Source: Candidatus Cloacimonadales bacterium
GTDB taxonomy: Bacteria > Cloacimonadota > Cloacimonadia > Cloacimonadales > JAIOQZ01
Assembly (NCBI GenBank): GCA_963665815.1
Contig: OY762463.1
Location: forward strand, 2,720,001 to 2,784,000
Reading direction: 5' to 3'
Length of the DNA: 64,000 nt
Both the position numbers and the translations under genes were made by a program. Below, in pieces: positions 19,696 through 27,996 of this stretch; position 1 is the first letter of the stretch; each line of letters opens with the position of its first letter. The notes under the pieces were generated by a model that saw only the letters and a program-made list of their open reading frames with translations, did not search any database and was not told the origin of the DNA.

Positions 19696-22600
19696 TTATT
19701 GTTCCCTACTTTCCTGCTCCATATTATTTGTAACCTGCTCAAACAACTGCCACAGGGGTTCCTCTATAGAATCCTTTATCTCTATGGCAGGTGTACCATT
19801 TGCATAATTTATAAGAAACTGTGAAAACTGTTTTATCTCTGCCATTTCCTGTGGGATGCCTGCATGTATCTGCTGCAGTTGCTCCAATTTTTCTGCTCTA
19901 TCCACAGCCATAACAGGCATACTGGCAACACTATGCGCCATTTGTATCAATTGTACAAGTTGTTGTGTAAGATTATTTTGATTATTATCTTCTTCCTTGT
20001 AATTCGATACAATATGCTGCTCAATTTCCTCATAATCCAATCCCATTTTATCTGTAACTTTTCTTAGAAGTTCTATGCCTGTTTTCATTAAGAGATTAAC
20101 GCAATTATTGGCTACAATTTTTGCATTGGGTGATCTTAGATTAACAAAAATAAAGATAGCTTTAAGGTAATATTCCAATGCTTTTTCCGGTTGACCGATA
20201 TCATCAAAAATATTACCCATGTTGCCATAGGAGTTTGCCTGCCCCAGCAAATTTCCAATTTGTATTTTCAAATCTAAAGACTTTTTATGATATTCCAATG
20301 CTTTTTCCGGTTGACCGGTATCATCAAAAATATTACCCATGTTGCCATATTGATTCGCCTGTCCCTGCAGGTTTCCGAGTTTAACATTTATTTCAAGTGC
20401 TTTCTCATAATGTTCCAATGCCTTCTGAGGTTCACCTGTTCGATAGTAGATGCTTCCCATGTTGCCATAATCATCAGCCATTCCTCTAATATTTCCAAGT
20501 TTTTCATCTATCTCTAATGCTTTGCTATGATATTCCAATGCTTTCTGAGGTTGACCTGTATCAGCAAAAATCAAACCCATGTTGCCATATTGATTTGCCT
20601 GCCCCTGCAGATTTCCAAGACTGACATTTATTTCAAGTGCTTTCTCATAATACTCCAATGCTTTCTGAGGTTCACCTGTTCGATAGTAGATGCTTCCCAT
20701 GTTGCCATATAGAGTAGCCTGTCCCTGTAGATTTCCAAGCTTAGCATTTATTTCAAGTGCTTTCTCATAATATTCCAATGCTTTCTGAGGTTCACCAGTA
20801 TCAGCATAAATCAAACCCATGTTGCCATATTGAGCAGCCTGTCCTTGCAAATTTCCGAGCTTAACATTTATTTCAAGTGCTTTCTCATAATATTCCAATG
20901 CTTTCTGAGGTTCACCAGTATCAGCATAAATCAAACCCATGTTGCCATATTGAGCAGCCTGTCCCTGTAGATTTCCTAGGCTGATATTTATTTCAAGTGC
21001 TTTCTCAAAATATTCCAATGCTTTTCCCGGTTGACCGGTACGATAGTAGACGCTTCCTATGTTGCCATATTGGTTTGCCTGTCCCTGCAGGTTTCCGAGC
21101 TTAACATTTATATCAAGTGCTTTCTCATAATATTCCAATGCTTTCAGAGGTTCTCCTGTATTGAAATAAATATTACCCATGTTGCCATAGGAATTTGCCT
21201 GTCCCTGCAGATTTCCGAGCTTAACATTAATTTCAAGTGTTTTCTCATAATATTCCAATGCTTTCTGAGGTTCTCCTGTAACTAAATAAATAATGCCCAA
21301 TCTATTCATAACTTCAGCTCTGTATTCTTCCGAGATATTGGTTTCTAAGGATTCAAGATTCAGGTTTCTGGCAAACTCAACATACCCCCAAATTATCAAT
21401 TGGTCTTCAACAGACAAAGCTACTTCAACAGCCTTATCAAATTCCTCTGCAAGTAAATAGTGTGTTCTGACTGCAAGGTGATTATCAACAGTTCTGTTAT
21501 TCTCAAAAACAATATTGCAATACTCCGCAGCTTTTATGTTAAGCTGTTTAAACTCTAATTTTTTCATTGTATCATAGAAGAATTCTGCAGTGAGTCTATG
21601 GGTATAGAAAAGGTGTTTCTCATTTTCTCTTATGTGCACAACAAGGGAAAGGTTCAAGAGCTTTTCCATTAAATCCAATTCAAAATCTCCAATCAGGTGT
21701 GCAATTCCATCTGTTTCTACCGGGCTTTTGTATATGGAAAGTGCTTTTAATATGCGGTTCTGTTCTTCAGTCAGCAGGTTAGTTAGTTCCTGCAAAACAA
21801 ATGGAGCAAATTCTTCTTTACTGCCTGTTCTTAGTTTTGCTTTCAGTTTGTTAATTATCTTGTGGAACTTCTTTTTCTCAATCTCAAAGAGTTTAGTAAA
21901 TCTGCTTTCTCCGGGGAGCAGAGCATCCAGCAGATCAAGTGCACGCGGATTTTTCCCCACAGTCTTATAAATCTCTCTTAAATTCTTCTCATTCAACTGC
22001 TGCAAATTGTTACAGAAATACATTCTTTTATTAATATCGGTATCAGTATATTCCGGTACTTCTATAATGTGGTTTTCAAATTCCGGAACATTGTAGCGAG
22101 TGGACACCAGCAGAATGGATTTTTTACCATTAAACAGCCTTTCAATTATCTTGAGCAGTCCATAAGCCTCATCATGCACTTTGCAATCATCCTGCAGGTT
22201 CTGGTTATCTTCAAAGTTATCAAAAACAATTGTCCAGTTATGTTCATGCATATACTGATTATACAGATAAGTCAGCTTCTCTTTTGCATTGTTAAGCTTA
22301 GAGAGTTCATCTTCCATTTTTTTCGCTTCAGTATCATAAGTTTTGGCAATTTGCAGACAGAGCTTTTCCATAAAACCTGCCTGAGTTAACGGTCCCTGGA
22401 ATTCAATGATCTTATAGTTGTCTCTGGCACAGAACGAGAGTATTCTCGCTGTCAGAGTAGATTTTCCTATTCCTCCCGGACCTTTCAGGATCACCATTGG
22501 ATCGTGCTTTTTTACTCGGAAAATAATCTCCCGAATCTGTATACGCCTGCCGATAAACCCACGCGGTACTGTATTAGTCGTAAAAGTCTTTTTAGAAGCT

Positions 22601-23823
22601 GAAGATTCACCTTCTATTCTATGCTGAGAGAAATCTTTTCTGGAGATACCGGTTTCGGATGAGAAAAGTTCAGGGATATCAACTTCGGTTTTGTTTTGTC
22701 TTTTTTTATTGCTTTCCCATCTGGCAATAGCTTCTTTACCTGCTGAGAACGCTTCGGAAATAGTTTTGTCTTCTATAAGTGCATGGAATAATCCTATATT
22801 AAAAATCATGGAAGCATCATGTGAAATAGATTGTTTCATACCTATTACATAAGGGATACCGGATTTATGCAGTGTTTCTGCAATACTGAGATAAACCCCT
22901 TTTTCGTTTGCTTTGGCAGAATGGCAGGAGGACAGTATCACCAGTTTCAGGTCAACACCATCGGTTTTCAGTTTCTCCAGTTCCTGTGCCAGCTCTTCTC
23001 CTGATACAAATTTCTTTTCTACCGTATTATCCTCTGTAAGCTGTTCGAACAGGAGAAATGTTTTGCCGTCTTTGTCTTTTGTGCCATGGGCAGTAATCTG
23101 CAGAATATCGTGTTTACCGTTTTTCAGGTAGCCAGCCATATCATAGAGGGTAGAGTTAACCATATCGGGTATATCGAGGAACAGATCTGCCTGAGAGAAA
23201 TCACTGAGAGAGTCCAGCATAACCTGTTGTTCTTTCTCGTAGAAGATGTCGGAGTCCGGAGGACTGGCAGTAACCGAGAGGATTTTGATTTGGGGTGGGG
23301 TGGGTATAGCAGGGATGGAGTCTTCAACTAATTCTCGTATTCTACTCACAATGTCGTCATCTATTTCTTTCTTGCTATCCAGCTTATTCATTATTTGCAG
23401 TAAGAGATTTATCACAACTGCTATACTATTGCTGTCCTCAAGATACTTTATGTAATACTCTTTTAACTCCTCTATTCTATTATCCAAATCATTTATACTT
23501 ATCAGACTGTTTATAACATCAGGCATATGATCAAGTTTTCTGAGGTAATTAGATAATTCTGTTGTTGAGACTTGCAGACGTTCAATCTGTCTGCCTACCT
23601 CATATATATCCCATAAAAAATTTTGATCCTCCATAGTATACATAACAGATTTGAATGGAAACTCGAAAGCTTTTTCAAAGGCTTTCATATAAACAGCTAC
23701 TTTGTCAAGTGAGGCCTTGTTAAGTCCTGTTTGAATTGAATCTGCATATTTCTTAATATCGTTTACACTTACACCAAATATACTTGCTAAGCCTGCAGCA
23801 ATATCGAAAATAATCTTTGCCAT
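19696..23823 (-). CDS. NLR-like protein: N-terminal helical module + CHAT (caspase-like) protease + STAND/NB-ARC ATPase + TPR array
   Basis: CHAT dyad ITAHG / LSSCHS; FIGR, Walker A GPGGIGKST, Walker B IVFDNFE, GKNPRAL, YTHRL; ten 40-aa TPRs; AGGAGGTG RBS before ATG at 23823. Confidence 0.88.
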   Translation of the reverse strand: MAKIIFDIAAGLASIFGVSVNDIKKYADSIQTGLNKASLDKVAVYMKAFEKAFEFPFKSVMYTMEDQNFLWDIYEVGRQIERLQVSTTELSNYLRKLDHMPDVINSLISINDLDNRIEELKEYYIKYLEDSNSIAVVINLLLQIMNKLDSKKEIDDDIVSRIRELVEDSIPAIPTPPQIKILSVTASPPDSDIFYEKEQQVMLDSLSDFSQADLFLDIPDMVNSTLYDMAGYLKNGKHDILQITAHGTKDKDGKTFLLFEQLTEDNTVEKKFVSGEELAQELEKLKTDGVDLKLVILSSCHSAKANEKGVYLSIAETLHKSGIPYVIGMKQSISHDASMIFNIGLFHALIEDKTISEAFSAGKEAIARWESNKKRQNKTEVDIPELFSSETGISRKDFSQHRIEGESSASKKTFTTNTVPRGFIGRRIQIREIIFRVKKHDPMVILKGPGGIGKSTLTARILSFCARDNYKIIEFQGPLTQAGFMEKLCLQIAKTYDTEAKKMEDELSKLNNAKEKLTYLYNQYMHEHNWTIVFDNFEDNQNLQDDCKVHDEAYGLLKIIERLFNGKKSILLVSTRYNVPEFENHIIEVPEYTDTDINKRMYFCNNLQQLNEKNLREIYKTVGKNPRALDLLDALLPGESRFTKLFEIEKKKFHKIINKLKAKLRTGSKEEFAPFVLQELTNLLTEEQNRILKALSIYKSPVETDGIAHLIGDFELDLMEKLLNLSLVVHIRENEKHLFYTHRLTAEFFYDTMKKLEFKQLNIKAAEYCNIVFENNRTVDNHLAVRTHYLLAEEFDKAVEVALSVEDQLIIWGYVEFARNLNLESLETNISEEYRAEVMNRLGIIYLVTGEPQKALEYYEKTLEINVKLGNLQGQANSYGNMGNIYFNTGEPLKALEYYEKALDINVKLGNLQGQANQYGNIGSVYYRTGQPGKALEYFEKALEINISLGNLQGQAAQYGNMGLIYADTGEPQKALEYYEKALEINVKLGNLQGQAAQYGNMGLIYADTGEPQKALEYYEKALEINAKLGNLQGQATLYGNMGSIYYRTGEPQKALEYYEKALEINVSLGNLQGQANQYGNMGLIFADTGQPQKALEYHSKALEIDEKLGNIRGMADDYGNMGSIYYRTGEPQKALEHYEKALEINVKLGNLQGQANQYGNMGNIFDDTGQPEKALEYHKKSLDLKIQIGNLLGQANSYGNMGNIFDDIGQPEKALEYYLKAIFIFVNLRSPNAKIVANNCVNLLMKTGIELLRKVTDKMGLDYEEIEQHIVSNYKEEDNNQNNLTQQLVQLIQMAHSVASMPVMAVDRAEKLEQLQQIHAGIPQEMAEIKQFSQFLINYANGTPAIEIKDSIEEPLWQLFEQVTNNMEQESREQ
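20138..21320 (-). repeat. Intragenic tandem array of about ten 120-bp TPR-coding repeats
   Basis: GTTGCCATA recurs at 20221, 20341 and every 120 nt to 21181; 20745-20844 is identical to 20865-20964. Confidence 0.97.
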
Positions 23824-23941
23824 CTTCACCTCCTGAGAGTTGGTCAATTGCTGGCAGAAATTGAGAAAAAGGTCAATTCATTTTTTTGTGCTACGTTACA
23901 ACTACACCGGGGAAATCCGTAATATATTAAATTTTGTTTAC

Positions 23942-23969
23942 TTAGACGTTGCATGCAACGTCTCTACAT
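23942..23969 (-). repeat. GTAG-type REP palindrome, right flank
   Basis: TTAGACGTTGCATGCAACGTCTCTACAT; degenerate third copy at 24196-24219. Confidence 0.88.
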
Positions 23970-24010
23970 AGCGATGTGAAACATCGCTGTGCGTTGTTGA
24001 TTAAATGACC

Positions 24011-24167
24011 TTGCGAATGGTACTTAGACCCGTAGATGTTTTCGAAGAAATACATCCAGAATTGACGTAGATGTTTTCGAAGAAACACATCCAGTGAAGT
24101 TCGCAATGGTGGGCTTTAATGGTTCTAAGGGCTGTTTTGGGAGTGCATTGACTGTGTCAATGCGAAG
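24011..24167 (+). repeat. Structured intergenic repeat, copy B, containing a tandem 29-bp hairpin duplication
   Basis: Arms TTGCGAA (24011) / TTCGCAA (24100); CGTAGATGTTTTCGAAGAAA(T/C)ACATCCAG at 24031 and 24066. Confidence 0.85.
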
Positions 24168-24308
24168 AATAACTAATAATATTTGTTCAAAACAAAGATG
24201 TTGCATGCAATGTCTCTACGAAGTTGGGCGGATCCATCGATTATGTGAATAAACTCACCCCTGGCTAAATTATAACTACGCCTTAAACCTCAATCAATTA
24301 CTGAACTT

Positions 24309-25619
24309 TTACTTCCCGTTAAGCTGATTTTCCTTAAGCTTCTTCCACCATTTCAAACGTTTTTCTATATCTTTCTCAAATCCGAATTTGGAAGGTGTAT
24401 AATACTCTTTTTCGCTCATGTGTTCCGGGAAATACTTCTGATAGAAATATCTGTTATCATGGTCATGTGAGTATTGGTAATCTTTGCCGTAATCGAGGTC
24501 TTTCATCAATTTTGTGGGTGCATTTCTTATAACCAGCGGAACAGGTAAATGACTTGTTTTAATTGCGTCAGCAGCAGCCATCTTATATGCTGAGTAAACA
24601 GCATTGCTTTTGGGTGCTGTTGCCAGATAAACAACCAGCTGAGCCAGAGCTGTGTTTGCTTCCGGCATACCAAGTGTATGAATTGCCTCTTTAGCACTTA
24701 TTGCCTGGACAAGTGCCTGCGGATCAGCAAGTCCTACATCTTCTGAGGCAAAACGAATCAGCCTGCGAACAACATACATCGGGTCTTCTCCGGCTTCCAG
24801 CATACGAGCCAGCCAGTACAGACCGGCCTGAGTATCGCTGCCGCGCAGAGACTTATGCAGAGCTGATATCACATTATAATGCTCTTCTTTATTCTTGTCA
24901 TAATTGAGTGTTCTGGAGTTAATAATCCTTGCAGCAAACTCGGTAGTAATAACCTGATCTTTCATGGTGTAATTCAGGATCAGTTCAAGACTGTTAAGAG
25001 CTCTTCTGGCATCTCCCCCACACTGCATCATCAATAAATCAAGCACATCCTCAGGAAGCTCTCTATCAAGCTTTTTCAGAGCATTTTTCAGAATATCAGC
25101 AATAGAACCATCCGACAGTTTTTCCAGTACTATAACCTGACATCTCGACAATAAAGCAGGGATAACCTCAAAAGAAGGATTCTCTGTAGTTGCACCAATG
25201 AGAATGACAGCTCCGGTTTCGATATGATGCAGAAATGCATCCTGTTGAGCCTTGTTAAATCTATGTATCTCATCTATGAAAATTATTGTACGTTTATTCT
25301 GTTCTTTAAGGCTGTATTCAGCTTCCTGCATAACAGCTTTCACATCTTTTATACTGGAAAGCACAGCACTGAAAGCCACAAACCTTTCTTCGGAGTTTTT
25401 CTCAATATATCTGGCAATAGTTGTTTTACCGCATCCGGGAGGTCCCCACATAATAATCGACGAATACTTACCGGTAGAAATCATTCTTCTGAGCAAGGTA
25501 TTTTCTCCCAGAATCTTGTCCTGTCCGAGTATCTCTTTCAAGTCTGAGGGACGCATCTTTTCGGCAAGCGGGATGTTTGTACTCTGTTTTTCACTATCGA
25601 ATAATTCAAGCTGTTTCAT
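24309..25619 (-). CDS. rarA: Replication-associated recombination protein A (MgsA)
   Basis: PLAEKMRP, GPPGCGKTT, DEIHRFNKAQQD, ISALHKSLRGSD. Confidence 0.96.
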   Translation of the reverse strand: MKQLELFDSEKQSTNIPLAEKMRPSDLKEILGQDKILGENTLLRRMISTGKYSSIIMWGPPGCGKTTIARYIEKNSEERFVAFSAVLSSIKDVKAVMQEAEYSLKEQNKRTIIFIDEIHRFNKAQQDAFLHHIETGAVILIGATTENPSFEVIPALLSRCQVIVLEKLSDGSIADILKNALKKLDRELPEDVLDLLMMQCGGDARRALNSLELILNYTMKDQVITTEFAARIINSRTLNYDKNKEEHYNVISALHKSLRGSDTQAGLYWLARMLEAGEDPMYVVRRLIRFASEDVGLADPQALVQAISAKEAIHTLGMPEANTALAQLVVYLATAPKSNAVYSAYKMAAADAIKTSHLPVPLVIRNAPTKLMKDLDYGKDYQYSHDHDNRYFYQKYFPEHMSEKEYYTPSKFGFEKDIEKRLKWWKKLKENQLNGK

Positions 25620-25633
25620 GTCTGACTCCGAAT

Positions 25634-26554
25634 CTATACAACAATAGAAAGTTTTTTACATAAATTGTAGATTGATAAAATTTCATTGGGCTTTGTGCGG
25701 TATATCTCTCCATCATAATAAACAGGCAGAGCAAATTTGGATTTCACCTGAATAATGGATGACCTTTTCATAGTAACTTCCTTTTCCCGCATGTGTTCTG
25801 CCTTGAGAAGCTTTGGAAAGATAGAAAACAGTCTTTTGAAACTCACTTCCTGAGCCAGGCAGATATCAAATAGACCGTCATCACAAACTGCATCGGGGGT
25901 TAATTGAAATCCTCCACCGCAGTATCGAGTATTACCCACAGCCATAAGTAAAACCTTAGCTCTGAACAGATCATTATATGTCCTTATCGCAATAGGTATA
26001 TTTCTGAACTTGAATAATGCTATCACCAAAGCTGTCATATATCTGGCAATTCCTCTGAGAAAATGAATCTTCGAAGCTACAAGAGCTGTTTCAGCATCAA
26101 GCCCGATGCCAAAGCTGTTGATAAAAAAGCGAACTTCTTTGCAACAGGTTATTTTTCCAACATCAACTCTTTTCAACTCATTATCGAATAATTTCTGTAA
26201 CAATTTTTCAGGGCTGTCATTAATATTCAAGGCTTTGGCAAAATCGTTTCCGGAACCGCACGGGATAAGACACAACTTAATTCCACGCACATCTCTTTTG
26301 GACATAACTGCATTTACAACACAGTTCAAAGTACCGTCTCCACCTACAGCAATAAATGTCCTGATTCCTGCTTTTATGTCTTCTATAACAGAGTTGTAGG
26401 CTATTTCGTAAGTTGAAGATTTTAAAATCCGGCACTTCAGATTTCTGTTATGACAAAAATGGTTGATTGTCTTAAGATATGTGACAGATTTCCCTTTCCC
26501 TGCTTTGGGATTGGCAATAACTGACCAGGTTCCGGTTTTAACTTTCTTCTTCAT
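25634..26554 (-). CDS. Diacylglycerol kinase family lipid kinase (YegS/DgkB-like)
   Basis: NPKAG, GGDGT, GSGNDFA, GGG; ATGA overlap with upstream gene. Confidence 0.9.
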   Translation of the reverse strand: MKKKVKTGTWSVIANPKAGKGKSVTYLKTINHFCHNRNLKCRILKSSTYEIAYNSVIEDIKAGIRTFIAVGGDGTLNCVVNAVMSKRDVRGIKLCLIPCGSGNDFAKALNINDSPEKLLQKLFDNELKRVDVGKITCCKEVRFFINSFGIGLDAETALVASKIHFLRGIARYMTALVIALFKFRNIPIAIRTYNDLFRAKVLLMAVGNTRYCGGGFQLTPDAVCDDGLFDICLAQEVSFKRLFSIFPKLLKAEHMREKEVTMKRSSIIQVKSKFALPVYYDGEIYRTKPNEILSIYNLCKKLSIVV

Positions 26555-27294
26555 TTTTGTTGATATATATGCTTGAAGTACTGATTTGCACAAGCAGATC
26601 CGATATCTGCAATTCTATGCTTTGCAGCAAAATCTTTAAATTCACTCGAAGGTATAAATTTCACTTCTGTATGCTCATGATACTCTATTGCCATCTTCAT
26701 CTTGTCTGCAAACTCGTGCTCGGTGTGTTTTAAACGGCAGTAGAACAGGAACTCCGGTTTCATATTACTGAAGCTTCTTCCCATCCCCGTGCAGATCAAA
26801 GTATCAATATCATTTGTTTCAACATTCAGCTCTTCCACAAGTTCGTTGCGGATTGTCGTATAAGGGCTATCGTGATGCGGTTCCATGTTTCCACCGCAAA
26901 AATGCCAGATTCCTCTGGATTCAGCAACTTTGTGAGATCTCATACCAATAATAAGCTTATTATCAGCTGTTTCGACAACTACACAGGCGGCAATACAATT
27001 TGCCAGCTCATTATTATCCTTAATCTCACTGAGGTTTCTTATATTAGTACCAATATATGATTTATAGGTGGTTGTAATAGTTTCCACCAGAAGCATGACC
27101 CCTTCTATTCGTGAGCTGAGAAAACCGGTTACTTCTCCGTCCCAGAGATCAAGACCTTCACTCAGGGCTTTATTCCAGCCTTTATCAATCAGCTTTTTAG
27201 TATCCTCGGAGTATTTTTTGGGTCCTTCCTGAGGTAGAATATTGATGCTATTCTCACCGAACAATGAGTCATGCAAAATTTCGTATTTTGTCAT
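26551..27294 (-). CDS. NUDIX hydrolase
   Basis: Nudix-like box GGNME...IRNELVEELNV. Confidence 0.75.
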   Translation of the reverse strand: MTKYEILHDSLFGENSINILPQEGPKKYSEDTKKLIDKGWNKALSEGLDLWDGEVTGFLSSRIEGVMLLVETITTTYKSYIGTNIRNLSEIKDNNELANCIAACVVVETADNKLIIGMRSHKVAESRGIWHFCGGNMEPHHDSPYTTIRNELVEELNVETNDIDTLICTGMGRSFSNMKPEFLFYCRLKHTEHEFADKMKMAIEYHEHTEVKFIPSSEFKDFAAKHRIADIGSACANQYFKHIYQQK

Positions 27295-27297
27295 AAT

Positions 27298-27996
27298 TTA
27301 GTATTTATAACGTTTCTGTAATTTTTTGAGGATTATAACAAACTCACCTTTGGGTAGTTCAGAGGTCATTGTATCTAGCTCATCGAGGTTTCCCCAGAAG
27401 ATCTGTTCTTCAGGTTGAGTCAGTTTGTAGAAAAGCATTGCCTGCCTTTTCCCCCCAAGTATCATTTTCATATCTCTCAGAACCTGTTTCATTCTGTAAG
27501 GAGCTTCCAGGAATACAAGATCTATGTTATTGTTCAGTTTTCTAATTGCGTTGATTCGATTTTCCCTGTTTGGCGGGAGAAATCCATAATACTGAAAGTT
27601 ATCTAAAGGTAATCCTGAACACATTAAGGAAGCCATAATTGAGGATGGTCCGGGAATAGGTATTACAGGAATATTCATCTGATGGCATTGCCAGACAAGA
27701 TTATTGCCCGGATCAGCAAACAAAGGTGTTCCAGCATCGGAAATAAGAGCCAGAGCTTCTTTCTCATTCAGCAGGCGATTAATAATCTCCTTTGTGCTTT
27801 CTCTCTCGTTATGTTCGTTCAGAAGAATGAAGTCCTTCTTTATATCCAGAGCTCTCAACATACTGCAGCCCTGCTTTCTTTCTTCCATAATGACACAGTC
27901 ACATTCTTTAAGTACTCTTAAAGCTCTCAGAGTAATATCTTCCATATTGCCTATAGGCATGGCGACTATATAAAGTCCATATTTAAGTTTTTCCAT
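27298..27996 (-). CDS. rsmI: 16S rRNA (cytidine1402-2'-O)-methyltransferase
   Basis: LYIVAMPIGNMEDITLRAL, SDAGTP, IPGPSS, EAPYR, KGEF. Confidence 0.93.
   Translation of the reverse strand: MEKLKYGLYIVAMPIGNMEDITLRALRVLKECDCVIMEERKQGCSMLRALDIKKDFILLNEHNERESTKEIINRLLNEKEALALISDAGTPLFADPGNNLVWQCHQMNIPVIPIPGPSSIMASLMCSGLPLDNFQYYGFLPPNRENRINAIRKLNNNIDLVFLEAPYRMKQVLRDMKMILGGKRQAMLFYKLTQPEEQIFWGNLDELDTMTSELPKGEFVIILKKLQKRYKY

Noticed and set aside
20138-21320. 120-bp periodic repeats as a CRISPR array
   Set aside because: In-frame coding repeats with no unique spacers and no cas genes
24031-24094. 29-bp direct repeats as a mini-CRISPR
   Set aside because: Only two copies separated by 6 nt
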